Origin: Trichoplax adhaerens
Lineage: Eukaryota > Animalia > Placozoa
Assembly: GCF_000150275.1 (NCBI RefSeq)
Contig: NW_002060968.1
Coordinates: forward strand, 715,788-779,787
DNA length: 64,000 nucleotides
Reading direction: 5' to 3'
The notes beneath the pieces were generated by a model that saw nothing but the letters and a program-made list of their open reading frames with translations, made no database searches and was not told the DNA's origin. Shown in pieces: positions 28,301 through 38,818 of this stretch. The stretch's first letter is position 1, and each line of letters begins with the position of its first letter. A program made the translations under genes and the position numbers.

Positions 28301-31300
28301 AGACTACATTATATCCACACTCAGAATTATTTATAGTATCATCATTAATTGAATATCTGTAGGATATTCATCACAAGCGTTACTAGACATAACGTTATCA
28401 TCAATTAATATAAGTTAACTTATGAGAGCTCTTACTACAATACAGCATAATTTACCATAATAACATAGTAACTACTGTAATTCTTACTGTAAGTCATTAT
28501 TAGTTATCTCCATATACAAATGTTAAACACTAAATTTAGTCATTTACTCTCACGAAGGTTCGTACCGTGACAACGGAATATATGTATAAAATCATACCTT
28601 ATTTCGATTGTACTTTAAGTAGTGAAATTTGATTTCCTAAATGATTCATGTAAATTATGATACTTTATTGGTTACTTTTTGTTATCGATAATCTCGTTAC
28701 GAAAATAGTCAGCCTATTTAAGAAATATAAAAGAATACATAGTGCTAAAGTACGCTATAAAAAAGCTTATAGTAAACTTTAATTTTTACTGTTATTTTCA
28801 TGCTTGGATATTACAGTGTGTTAGATAAGTAGTTTGTCTACTTATATATGGTAGAAAGCTTATTTTAAACATGCTTATTTTTATATAAATTTATAGACGA
28901 AAGGAATGATGACCTAATGTCATGTATGTACAGCGAATATACGTTAAATACCACACTTTATGTTGATTGCACTTTAAGTGGAGAATTTCGATTTACTATT
29001 TGATTCATTTAAATTATGAAACTTCATTGGTATTCTTTGCAATCTATAATCTCGCAACGTAAACAGACAACCTTTTTAAGAAACGTAAGAGAAAAGATGC
29101 TGCTATAGTTCATATAAAGACTTAAAAGAAAATATTAATATTTACTTCTATTTTCATGCTTTGATAATTAATCATAATTATTACAATAATTGCAGAGCAA
29201 GAAATTCCACCTGGCATGGGAGGTAATAAGTGTTCAAAAATAATAAATCTTACTATTAAATTTAAGATAACTACAAAATTTTCTTACAAAGCAAGAAAAA
29301 CATTTATAATTCCGAAATGCTATTTACTCAATGTGTTTAATGCATGATTAATGCTGTATAACTTTAATTTTTTAATTGCTTTACAGTTAGTTTTTTCAAG
29401 AGAAAAAATTGTAAGTAGTGTTGTGTAACTGAACTATATTGCCGATTTTGGCCAAGTCAAGGAAAATATCTGACCATCTGACTAAAACTGTTTCAAATAA
29501 TCTTACCTTTTATCCATGTTAGCCTTTCCTAATAGAAGTAAGGCATTGTTAATATACCTCAAAGCCTATTTCATTCAAATTAAGACCGTTCTTATCGATA
29601 TCTAAACTTAAATCAATCTTTATACATTTATAGTGAACCAAATCAAGAGACAAGGTACGTAAGCTGTAATTTTTGATGTAAGAAATGGCATTTATTTCTC
29701 AATTATAAATAATGTCAATAATTTTTTTCCAATCGAACACTTTTCCATTTTTTCCGTCGCTACATTTAACCTCTAGACCGTAAGTTAAAATTTATTAGGA
29801 AGAAATAATTATAGAATTTGCAATACAGTACTTTACATAGTGGATATTTGCAATATGGCCTTCATTTACTAAGGCAAATTGATTCCCAACTAAAACACTG
29901 TTTTCAATATTTTTCTTCCATATCCTTTCAATCGTTAGCTAACCATAAGTCCATAATAAAATACAAATATCAACTGTATTTCTTTTAAAAGAGATTTTTA
30001 ATTGCTTGATATCTAATTGATAACGTTTATTTTGCTTTATAGTTAGCTTATTCAAGAAGGAAGGTAATTTTTTAGATATTTGATGGCAGAAATGAAAATT
30101 TTCAGTCATTATTTAGTTAAATAAATCAATCTTAATCAAATCATTTTCTTGATAACTTCTGAACCATTAGCTGATCAACGTAAGTCTGTAAATAATCAGA
30201 AAAATAATTTTTTACATTCATGTTAAAGTAGAATTACAGTTGCTTAATTTTGGTTAACATCATATATTTTGCCTTACAGTTGCCTTTTTCAAGAAGGAAG
30301 GTAATTTTTCGATATTTGACGACAGAAAGAAAAATTTCAATCATTACTTACTAAACTAAATCATCCTTGATCGATCTTTTATTTTGGTATCCTATCAAAT
30401 AGCTCCTACTCCCGGCTGTAAGTCTGCAATTAACTACGAAAACCAATTTTTGTATTTTATTTTGTAACAGAATATCAATAGCTAGTTATCTGATTGATAC
30501 TGTATTTTCGCTTTACAGTTGCCCTTTTCAAGAAGGAAGGTAATTTATTAAATATTTGATAGCTGAAAGGAAATTCTAATCATTATTTGGTTTACTAAAA
30601 TATTACTTATCAATCTTTTTCTTTGGTGTCCTATCAAATAGCTCCTACTCCCGGCTGTAAGTCTGCAATTAACTACGAAAACCAATTTTTGTATTTTATT
30701 TTGTAACAGAATATCAATAGCTAGTTATCTGATTGATACTGTATTTTCGCTTAACAGTTGCCCTTTTCAAGAAGGAAGGTAATTTATTAAATATTTGATA
30801 GCTGAAAGGAAATTCTAATCGTTGTTTGGTTTACTAAAATATTACTTATCAATCTTTTTCTTTGGTGTCCTATCAAATAGCTCCTACTCCCGGCTGTAAG
30901 TCTGCAATTAACTACGAAAACCAATTTTTGTATTTTATTTTGTAACAGAATATCAATAGCTAGTTATCTGATTGATACTGTATTTTCGCTTAACAGTTGC
31001 CCTTTTCAAGAAGGAAGGTAATTTATTAAATATTTGATGACTGAAAGGAAATTCTAATCGTTATTTGGTTTACTAAACTATTACTTATCAATCTTTTTCT
31101 TTGGTGTCCTATCAAATAGCTCCTACTCCCGGCTGTAAGTCTGCAATTAACTACGAAAACCAATTTTTGTATTTTATTTTGTAACAGAATATCAATAGCT
31201 AGTTGTCTGATTGATACTGTATTTTCGCTTTACAGTTGCCCTTTTCAAGAAGGAAGGTAATTTATTAAATATTTGATAGCTGAAAGGAAATTCTAATCGT

Positions 31301-33282
31301 TATTTGGTTTACTAAACCATTACTTATCAATCTTTTTCTTTGGTGTCCTATCAAATAGCTCCTACTTCCGGCTGTAAGTCTGCAATTAACTACGAAAACC
31401 AATTTTTGTATTTTACTTTGTAATAGAATATCAATAGCTAGATATCTGATTGATACTGTATTTTTTGCTTAACAGTTGCCCTTTTCAAGAAGCAAGGTAA
31501 TTTATTAAATATCTGATGGCTGAAAGGAAATTCTAATCGTTATTTGGTTTATTAAACCATTACTAATCAATCTTTTTCTTTGGTATTCTCGTGTCTGTTA
31601 ACAGACTGTAAGTCTTTAATTAACGACGGAAATCAATTTTTATATTTTATTTTGTAATAGAATATCAATAGCTAGATGTCTGATTGATACTGTATTTTTG
31701 CTTAACAGTTGCCCTTTTCAAGAAGCAAGGTAATTTATTAAATATTCGATGGCTGAAAGGAAATTTTAATCGTTATTTGGTTTACTAAACCATTACTAAT
31801 CAATCTTTTTCTTTGGTATTCTGACATCTGGCGGCAGGCAGTAAGTCTTTAATTAACGACGAAAATCAATTTTTTGTATTTTACTTTGTAATAGAATATC
31901 AATAGCTAGATGTCTGATTGATACTGTATTTTTGCTTTACAGTTCCCCTTTTCAAGAAACAAGGTAATTTATTAAATATTCGATGGCTAAAAGGAAATTC
32001 TAATCGTTATTTGGTTTATTAAACCATTACTAATCAATATTTATCTTTGGTTTCCTATCAACTAGCTCCTACTTCCGGCTGTAAGTCTGCAATTAACTAC
32101 GAAAACCAATTTTTATATTTTATTTTGTAATAGAATATCAATAGCTAGATGTCTGATTGATACTGTATTTTTGCTTAACAGTTGCCCTTTTCAAGAAGCA
32201 AGGTAATTTATTAAATATTTGATGACTGAAAGGAAATTCTAATCGTTATTTGGTTTACTAAACCATTACTAATCAATCGTTTTCTTTGGTATTCTGACAT
32301 CTGGCGGCAGGCAGTAAGTCTTTAACTAACGACGAAAACCAATTTTTTGTATTTTACTTTGTAATAGAATATCAATAGCTAGATGTCTGATTGATACTGT
32401 ATTTTTGCTTTACAGTTCCCCTTTTCAAAAAGCAAGGTAATTTATTAAATATTCGATGGCTGAAAGGAAATTCTAATCGTTATTCGCTTTACTAAACCAT
32501 TACTAATCAATCTTTTTATTTGGTATTCTGGCATCTGGCAGCAGGCAGTAAGTCTTTAATTAACGACGAAAACTAATTTTTTATATTCATTTCAATGAGA
32601 AATTTCGTATGCTTAATATTTGACTGATACCGTATATTTTGTTTTATAGTTAGTTTTTTCAGGAACGAAGGTAAATGTAAATTACTAATCCACCTGATGC
32701 TGAGGAGATTGCATAAATCAGGCTGGCAATCATTACAACACAAATTCACTTATCTTGATCTGGTATTTTAAAATTAGATGCCTACAACAAGAAAGCTGAT
32801 AAGCTCACAAATCCTAAAGGTAAGCTGTTTCAAAATTGGTAAAAGATTTTCTAGCTGCGGTAGTGCTTCAACTTGATTTTATGATATCTCCTTATGTTTG
32901 ATATCACCAATGTTTGCTTATTTTGTTGTGACATCTAGATTTGCTACGTAATTTCAACTTTCTCCTTATATCTTACTGCTCCTAGTAAATTTTAGAACAG
33001 TTTAATCTTAACTTATGAGGATGTGATTTATAGTAATAAACTAATATACAGATAAATTTTTCAAAAACAGAGGTGTGCCAATTTGAGAAATATAAAGAAA
33101 TCAGTCCTGCACTTTTGATTAAATGTTGCAAGAAATATTCCTACGTCTTGAGTACATCTAAACTTAAGCTGGTTGATATCAGTTCTAAGATTACTAATTT
33201 GTGATATTAATTTCTTTATTTATGTCCTTCATTTTCTATAGCTTCTGAAAGCTTAGCTATATGCGCAAGGCTTATCTGGTGA
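25390..33282 (+). CDS. Microexon-encoded secreted neuropeptide-like precursor (LF/FF C-terminal peptides, KK/KR processing sites), ~39 exons; 3' end uncertain
   Basis: AG/GT-flanked exons: 25390-25413, 25901-25928, 26405-26425, 27093-27104, 27809-27844, 28897-28923, 29067-29084, 29196-29222, 29387-29410, 29523-29537, 29634-29654, 29777-29779, 30043-30063, 30171-30179, 30280-30300, 30403-30417, 30519-30539, 30642-30656, 30758-30778, 30881-30895, 30997-31017, 31120-31134, 31236-31256, 31359-31373, 31476-31496, 31605-31607, 31709-31729, 31838-31840, 31943-31963, 32066-32080, 32182-32202, 32311-32313, 32416-32436, 32545-32547, 32650-32670, 32778-32819, 32939-32947, 33052-33072, 33242-33282. Joined: MKYLAVVIFAFVAVAIA|APALQENTDPSPEIDWFENRGDHDERNDDLMSYNLF-KK-QQEIPPGMGVSFF-KR-KNSFPNRMNQI-KR-QDLSLF-KK-EADQLAFF-KK-(EAPTPGFALF-KK)x4-EAPTSGFALF-KK-QDFALF-KK-QGIPLF-KK-QAPTSGFALF-KK-QGIPLF-KK-QGISFF-R-NEDAYN-KK-ADKLTNPKDLLHKFFKNRASESLAICARLIW*. 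Confidence 0.88.
28034..28572. mobile_element. 5'-truncated family B solo-LTR-like element inside the peptide gene
   Basis: Shares taacgtaaaacaaat(c/t)tctaaattact...gtctccgggattca and the terminal gttcgtaccgtgaca with 19130-19565; the left TG terminus is missing. Confidence 0.75.
30270..32680 (+). repeat. Tandem array of ~233-240-bp units (~10 copies); each unit is intron + short exon + intron + 21-nt exon
   Basis: cagTTGCCCTTTTCAAGAAG(G/C)AAGgtaat recurs at a 239-bp period (30519, 30758, 30997, 31236); a 473-bp higher-order period appears later (31709 to 32182, 31943 to 32416). Confidence 0.97.
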
Positions 33283-35149
33283 ACGAGCTTTAAATAGGTA
33301 ATATTTATTTACCAATTTGCTTTAGTAGCGACCTATAGTCCACCTCTTACAAATCTTGCTCTTCAAATTTTTATCAAAGGTTGCTTGACTACTAATTATG
33401 AGAGGCACAAACTAGTTCATTTTACACGAATCTGAAACTTGACGCTAGATCATTTTGAGATAGAATTAAATTGTTATATGGTAGTCTATACGCAGTGCGG
33501 TGTATTTCTGTATATGGCATCTGACTTTATAGTACTGTAAAGCTACCTCTAGGCGTAAAGTAAGCAGTAATCTTATAACTTTCATTATATAGGCATATAT
33601 GGTAGCATATATACAATTCGGGCCATAAACTGTTCTTTAACGGAATAATTCGTCAATAGAAGCAGTACTAGTACAAAATTTTATTTCTGTATTTGTTATG
33701 CACATTAAAGGCCGATTTAGTCGCTTGCAAAGCGCTAAGGCGTAAGCAATATTTTAATACAATTAAAACTTCTTTTATAGCGAAATAAGAAATACATGTC
33801 CCATTGTAGCATCGATTAATTTAAATGGTAGATTGGCTGGAAATTGTTGTCAATTTCGTCTTTACCCATAATTTTAAGATGTGCCACTTTTCTAGATTTT
33901 AGCTACGTCAATAGTAACTCGAATTATTCTATTTATTATAGTAGATCGCGCTGGCATGGCTGCACCCGATAAGATTGAATATATAAATGAACCATAAAGT
34001 AGACGATTAAGCACTTGCTATTTAAAATTCAAGAATCAAATAACAAATTTTACTTTGTTAAGCGATAGTAGATGTTTTGGTGTAATTAGGACAACAATGG
34101 AATACATTTGGGTAACCATTTTATCTAAATCTTCATCAAAACTCTATTTATGTAGTTGTCCCTTTATAGTGATATTCTATTCGTTGCATGTATCGTTAAT
34201 CTCAGTGTACTGTAAGTTATAAATAGCGCTCTTGTCCAGGAATAACTGATGTACAAGTACAATAACGTCTTCATGTTATCAGTATTAGCCCGAATGTAAC
34301 CATCAAAGCTATGTAATTATTGTCGTAGGTGTCATAAATCGAAATAAACCATACGATTAACTGTAACTTTCTGTCAAATATTTTATGTGGTGTTTTTCAT
34401 AAAAAAATGAGATCATTAGTTGCATCGAACCTACGATATAAAACAATCAAATAATCAACGCTAGTTTCGCAAATAGTAATCTACGTTTTACTATAGGTAC
34501 AGCACAATGATCAGCATTCATGGATGACCACCTGCGATAAAAATTTTATAGGGATAATCTATATTGTTGACAAACTAAAATAATGATGAATGTATAGTGC
34601 AGTACTTTGATAAGATATGTTACAGGATCATAACGCTAAACAGTCACTACGGATATATGAACGGTAAGTTTTAACGCAATCTAGATTGAACAAATTTAGA
34701 ACTTGATAGTGCGTAGCTGTCTTCCAAAACCAAGTATGAGGCATATAAGGCAACATTTACAAGTTCTTTTAAGAAATGAGGCACGTAAAGAAAATTCTTA
34801 GAAATTTTGATTTCACTTATTCGCTTCTACTGTAATATATTCGCTCAGTAACCGCAGTACAAATATCCAGGATTAGGAAACGTCAGTATCATTCTCGTAA
34901 TATACATTCTTTTTCAGACAATGAAAAAGTACATAACTATATCTCCTTGCACTTATTAATTACCGTTGCAACAAATCCTTTACGTAATTAGAATATAATC
35001 AATATTTAACTAGTAAACAAGGTACACAGAGATAGTTATGACTTATACAAAAATAGATGTTTCCTGTCGGAAAATTTCATTCCACGTCATTACAATAGTA
35101 CATCCAAACAGAATTCTTCTATGGCATACTAAATGATATGTCCATTCTA

Positions 35150-37638
35150 CTACACATTCTCAATCATAGACGCAATTTCCTTGATACGGCCAGCAAAGTT
35201 CTGAAGATTTAGAAGACTATAATCAATTTCGTTTTTATGTTAAGTTTATGCTTCAAATTATTATATTCTTAAATACAAACTGCATATACTGTCACTAGAC
35301 AGTATTTACCTTAAACTCTGATAGCTCTAACTGCAAGTATTTTTTTCTTGTTGAACCACTTGGAAGAGCAATTGTTAACATAACTGTAACCAGTGGGGTA
35401 TTCATATTAGGACATCGATTTGAAGATGTTGCGAAGGATAGCTTCCACTGCATATCAATCAACTTTAAGATAATTCAGAAATATTTTAAATTCGTGTACT
35501 TATCGATGATAGCTAACGTGTTCATTCTAATGGCAACAATCGCAAATGTACCTTTCCAATGCGTAGATAATTGCTTTGATATTGGTGCACCATTTTCCGA
35601 TTCTGGAGAAATATTGATATATCATATTAGATGACCAGAAACAACCATATATTGATGGCATCATATTTAGCCACTCTTTCAGCATATCTTATTCTACATT
35701 CCTACTCCGAAATTAATGATATGTTTGCCAATCATTACCTCTTCAGTCCAAGCTTTACAAATAGAAGCTGAAGTTAAATTGCTGCATACAACACTTTGCT
35801 TGAAAATTTGGCTTAACATGGAATCATCTAGCTGTTCTGTATTCGCGTATCTAATAACGTATCAAGAAAATTATTTTAGTAAGGTCCCGTTACACAGTAG
35901 GCATACATGATCAACGACAACGGTTTCATCTGTAAATCATTTACTCGTTAACTTTAGCTGGTTACAAACAGCAGCTTTGATAACATCAAGATGTTATGAA
36001 TTAGGAGTTTTACTTTCAGAGAAATTTGAATAGACTTAGAATTTAATATTTATTTAAAAAGGTATTAGCTACTTGCCGATAAGTGTATGTAATTGCATTG
36101 ATTAAATTTTGGATGGCACTTTCTTGCACAGGTAATGTTAAAGATTCGATATCCTAACAGCAAAGGAAATAATTTAGGTTCGATAGTATTGTTAATTTAG
36201 GTATAAAAACGGCTGTGCTAAGATAAAATTTAAATTTAATAGTCATTAGTAATATTATGTACATAATTAGGTCGTGTTACTTCTTTACAGCAATTTAGAA
36301 GGATGGAAGTGACTTTAAAAATCATGCATTCGATATCTATCTTTAAAGGCTGTCATCTATTTTGCATCATGAATTTGTTCTGCAAGTAGATGAGATAAAT
36401 CACTCGCATGCAAGCTTAATCTTCGTGTAATTCTGTCTATTCAGAGTTTAATACGTCGTAGTTAATGTACGATTTCGATTGAGTATTTGTGCAAATGAGC
36501 TTGATCCTAGTCTACCTTTAGCTCAACCAAGGTAAACACGTTGTAATACTAAAATTAAGCTTCAAAGTCTATGTCATTGATATTTCATCATCAATTCATA
36601 CTACAGAGGGTAAACATTAACACTTTTTTTGAATCTATTAACAAAAGTATAATATCCCTTTTCACATCCTGTAATGCAGTATCCTGTGTCTTTGCTGAGC
36701 AGTCTTTGAGAAGGTATTTGAATTAAGCATGAAGTCTATTTTAGAAGGGCAAAAAGATTGTAGAGAGGACAGGCATCCATATTTGTATTGTAAATAAGCA
36801 AACAACAATATCGCTTATATGGCGGTATAGCTCATCGGCCATATCAAGATTGCGTTCCTGCTGGAAGGGTAGAATAGTTTACTGTCAATACTCTATGCGG
36901 TATTGGACTGTATTATTATTACAAACGACACTAAACCTTCGACATCAAGATGAATTCCTAGCAATTACAAGGTTTGCCGGTAAATGCTATCTGAAAGCCC
37001 ATGAAGTATTAAAATGACTCTACGTATCGTCTGACTGACGCGATGCAAAGTTGTATCCATACGCCTATTCTGCTAGGATGACCAGTTTTGTACTTTATGA
37101 TGCTTTACGCTCGCACCTTAAAACATAGTGTAGAAGCGAGGAAGAGTTTAATAATCTGGTCTAAATCTGTACCTTTGTATATCGACTGATGGAACATAGG
37201 CCAATCTTCCCACTAAGAAACAGGATAATATCATCACACTATATTGACAAGGAAATAACATTCATATCCGATTAGAACTGTCTCGATTGCTTTCTTGGTA
37301 GCTAAGCTGCTATATTCATTTTAATAATATTTACGACAAAACGCGGAAAGATCGATCGCTATTGGAATCAAGGTAACCTTTCCACATGCTAGTAACTTAC
37401 CAATAGTTGCAGGAAATTGGATGGTAATATATTAGCCGTTTGAATGGCCAGATGAAATCCTAGATGAAATACGAAAAGCTGATTGTATATTACTTCGACA
37501 CTACTGCAACTTGTCAACATACTCATCTTACTGCACTTTCAGCACTTGCTTGACCCATGGTCAGTAAAATGATGATGACACATGGATATCACGATAATAG
37601 TTGGTCTTACCTTCCGGTGCTTGCATGAATAACGCCAT
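35150..37638 (-). CDS. COMMD6: COMM domain-containing protein 6, full-length form with N-terminal domain (multi-exon)
   Basis: Spliced translation MALFMQAPE/GFHLAIQTANILPSNFLQLL/CDDIILFLSGKIGLCSISRYTK/DIESLTLPVQESAIQNLINAITYTYR/YANTEQLDDSMLSQIFKQ...KAWTEE/NRKMVHQYQSNYLRIGK/LIDMQWKLSFATSSNRCPNMNTPLVTVML...ELSEFK/NFAGRIKEIASMIENV*. The C-terminus resembles the COMMD6 COMM domain (LVDFQWKL...QFKEIAAVIETV) as recalled. Confidence 0.85.
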
Positions 37639-37958
37639 CTTTCTTCCGATGTTGGAGCGATGGATTGTAGGTAAGAGGCGGCGGATAAGTGGACGAGAAA
37701 AGAGTTGCCTACCAACTCACGGGCTTACCGTTCCATTGCCATGGCATTCTTATCGTTCGTCAATGCTGCATCCGTAGTTAGGTACCGTTCTGGCTTCGGA
37801 CTTACTGCGATTGTAACTGATGGGAAAGACGGATGGTCTGCATTTGAGCAGCATTCTAGGCAAGGACTAGTGACATTAGTTTTGCTATTCATTTGGTTAT
37901 TGTTCTGGCTTCGGAATTTCTTCGATTGTAACTGACTTGAAAGATGGATGGTCTGCTA

Positions 37959-38126
37959 CACTACCTACTGCAATTAGTGTGGATAAACGAATAGTGTGGG
38001 TTCCTAATTAGTGTTACCCACATTAAATATGGTATTACCAAAAATGTGCTAAACGATCCACACTAAATATGGTAATACCAAAGATGTGCTAACTACCTAC
38101 ATTAATCACTAATTGCCGTGCCCAGT
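37959..38126. mobile_element. 168-bp MITE-like insertion (CACT...AGTG termini, TA duplication)
   Basis: Imperfect TIRs CACTacctactGCAATTAGTG / CACTAATTGCcgtgcccAGTG, TA on both sides and an internal ~40-bp direct repeat. It splits the array motif ggtctgcta...tgagcagc. Confidence 0.65.
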
Positions 38127-38230
38127 GTAGTGAGCAGCATTCTAGGCCAGGACTGGTGACATTAGTTTTGCTATTCATTTGGTTATTGTTCTCATGTTCT
38201 GGCTTCGGAATTTCTTCGATTGTAACTGAC

Positions 38231-38818
38231 TGTCACAACCCTCACTTGTGGCAAAGGAAAGTCAAGAACTCTAGTGTAGTTACTTAAAACTTGGGCTATT
38301 TCTCCCAGTACTTTCAGTTTCTATGAGAGAAGTATTTGAGATCTCGATTTCTCGGCTGATCTCCACAGACAACTGACTAATTATTACACTATTCTTCATG
38401 ATATGAGTCTTGCCGTTTCTTGAGCAATTACTTTTTTTATTCTACAAACACACGCGCTTAAATAGGTTTCTACAGTGAATTCCAATATTAACGAGTGAGA
38501 ATTCACGCTTTACAAGTTACATTAATTAGTATAATACCATTACTAAATGTACATGTCGATATTCTCAGACTTAGATAGCTACAAGCTATCAGGTGTTAAG
38601 ACGCTTAACCTTCATCCATATACAGCTCAATTTTTAGAGATTAACATACCTTATAAACCTACAGTAAATTAACTGCTAACAACTTCTATTTTTATCTCAT
38701 TTCTACCATCCTATTATCAGCTACAAGCGCATTAAAACATAGCACATAACCTTATCTTATCTATTCATAAGCATTCATTAATTTACAGTTACTTAATTAG
38801 TAACGGCGTACCGTGACA
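38231..38818. mobile_element. Solo-LTR-like element, family C
   Basis: TGTCACAACC...CGTACCGTGACA termini with a perfect 5-bp TSD CTGAC (38226-38230 and 38819-38823). Confidence 0.88.

Noticed and set aside
30270-32680. CRISPR-like or plain satellite reading of the array
   Set aside because: The context is eukaryotic, the intervening sequence is repeated rather than unique spacers, and conserved splice sites explain the structure.
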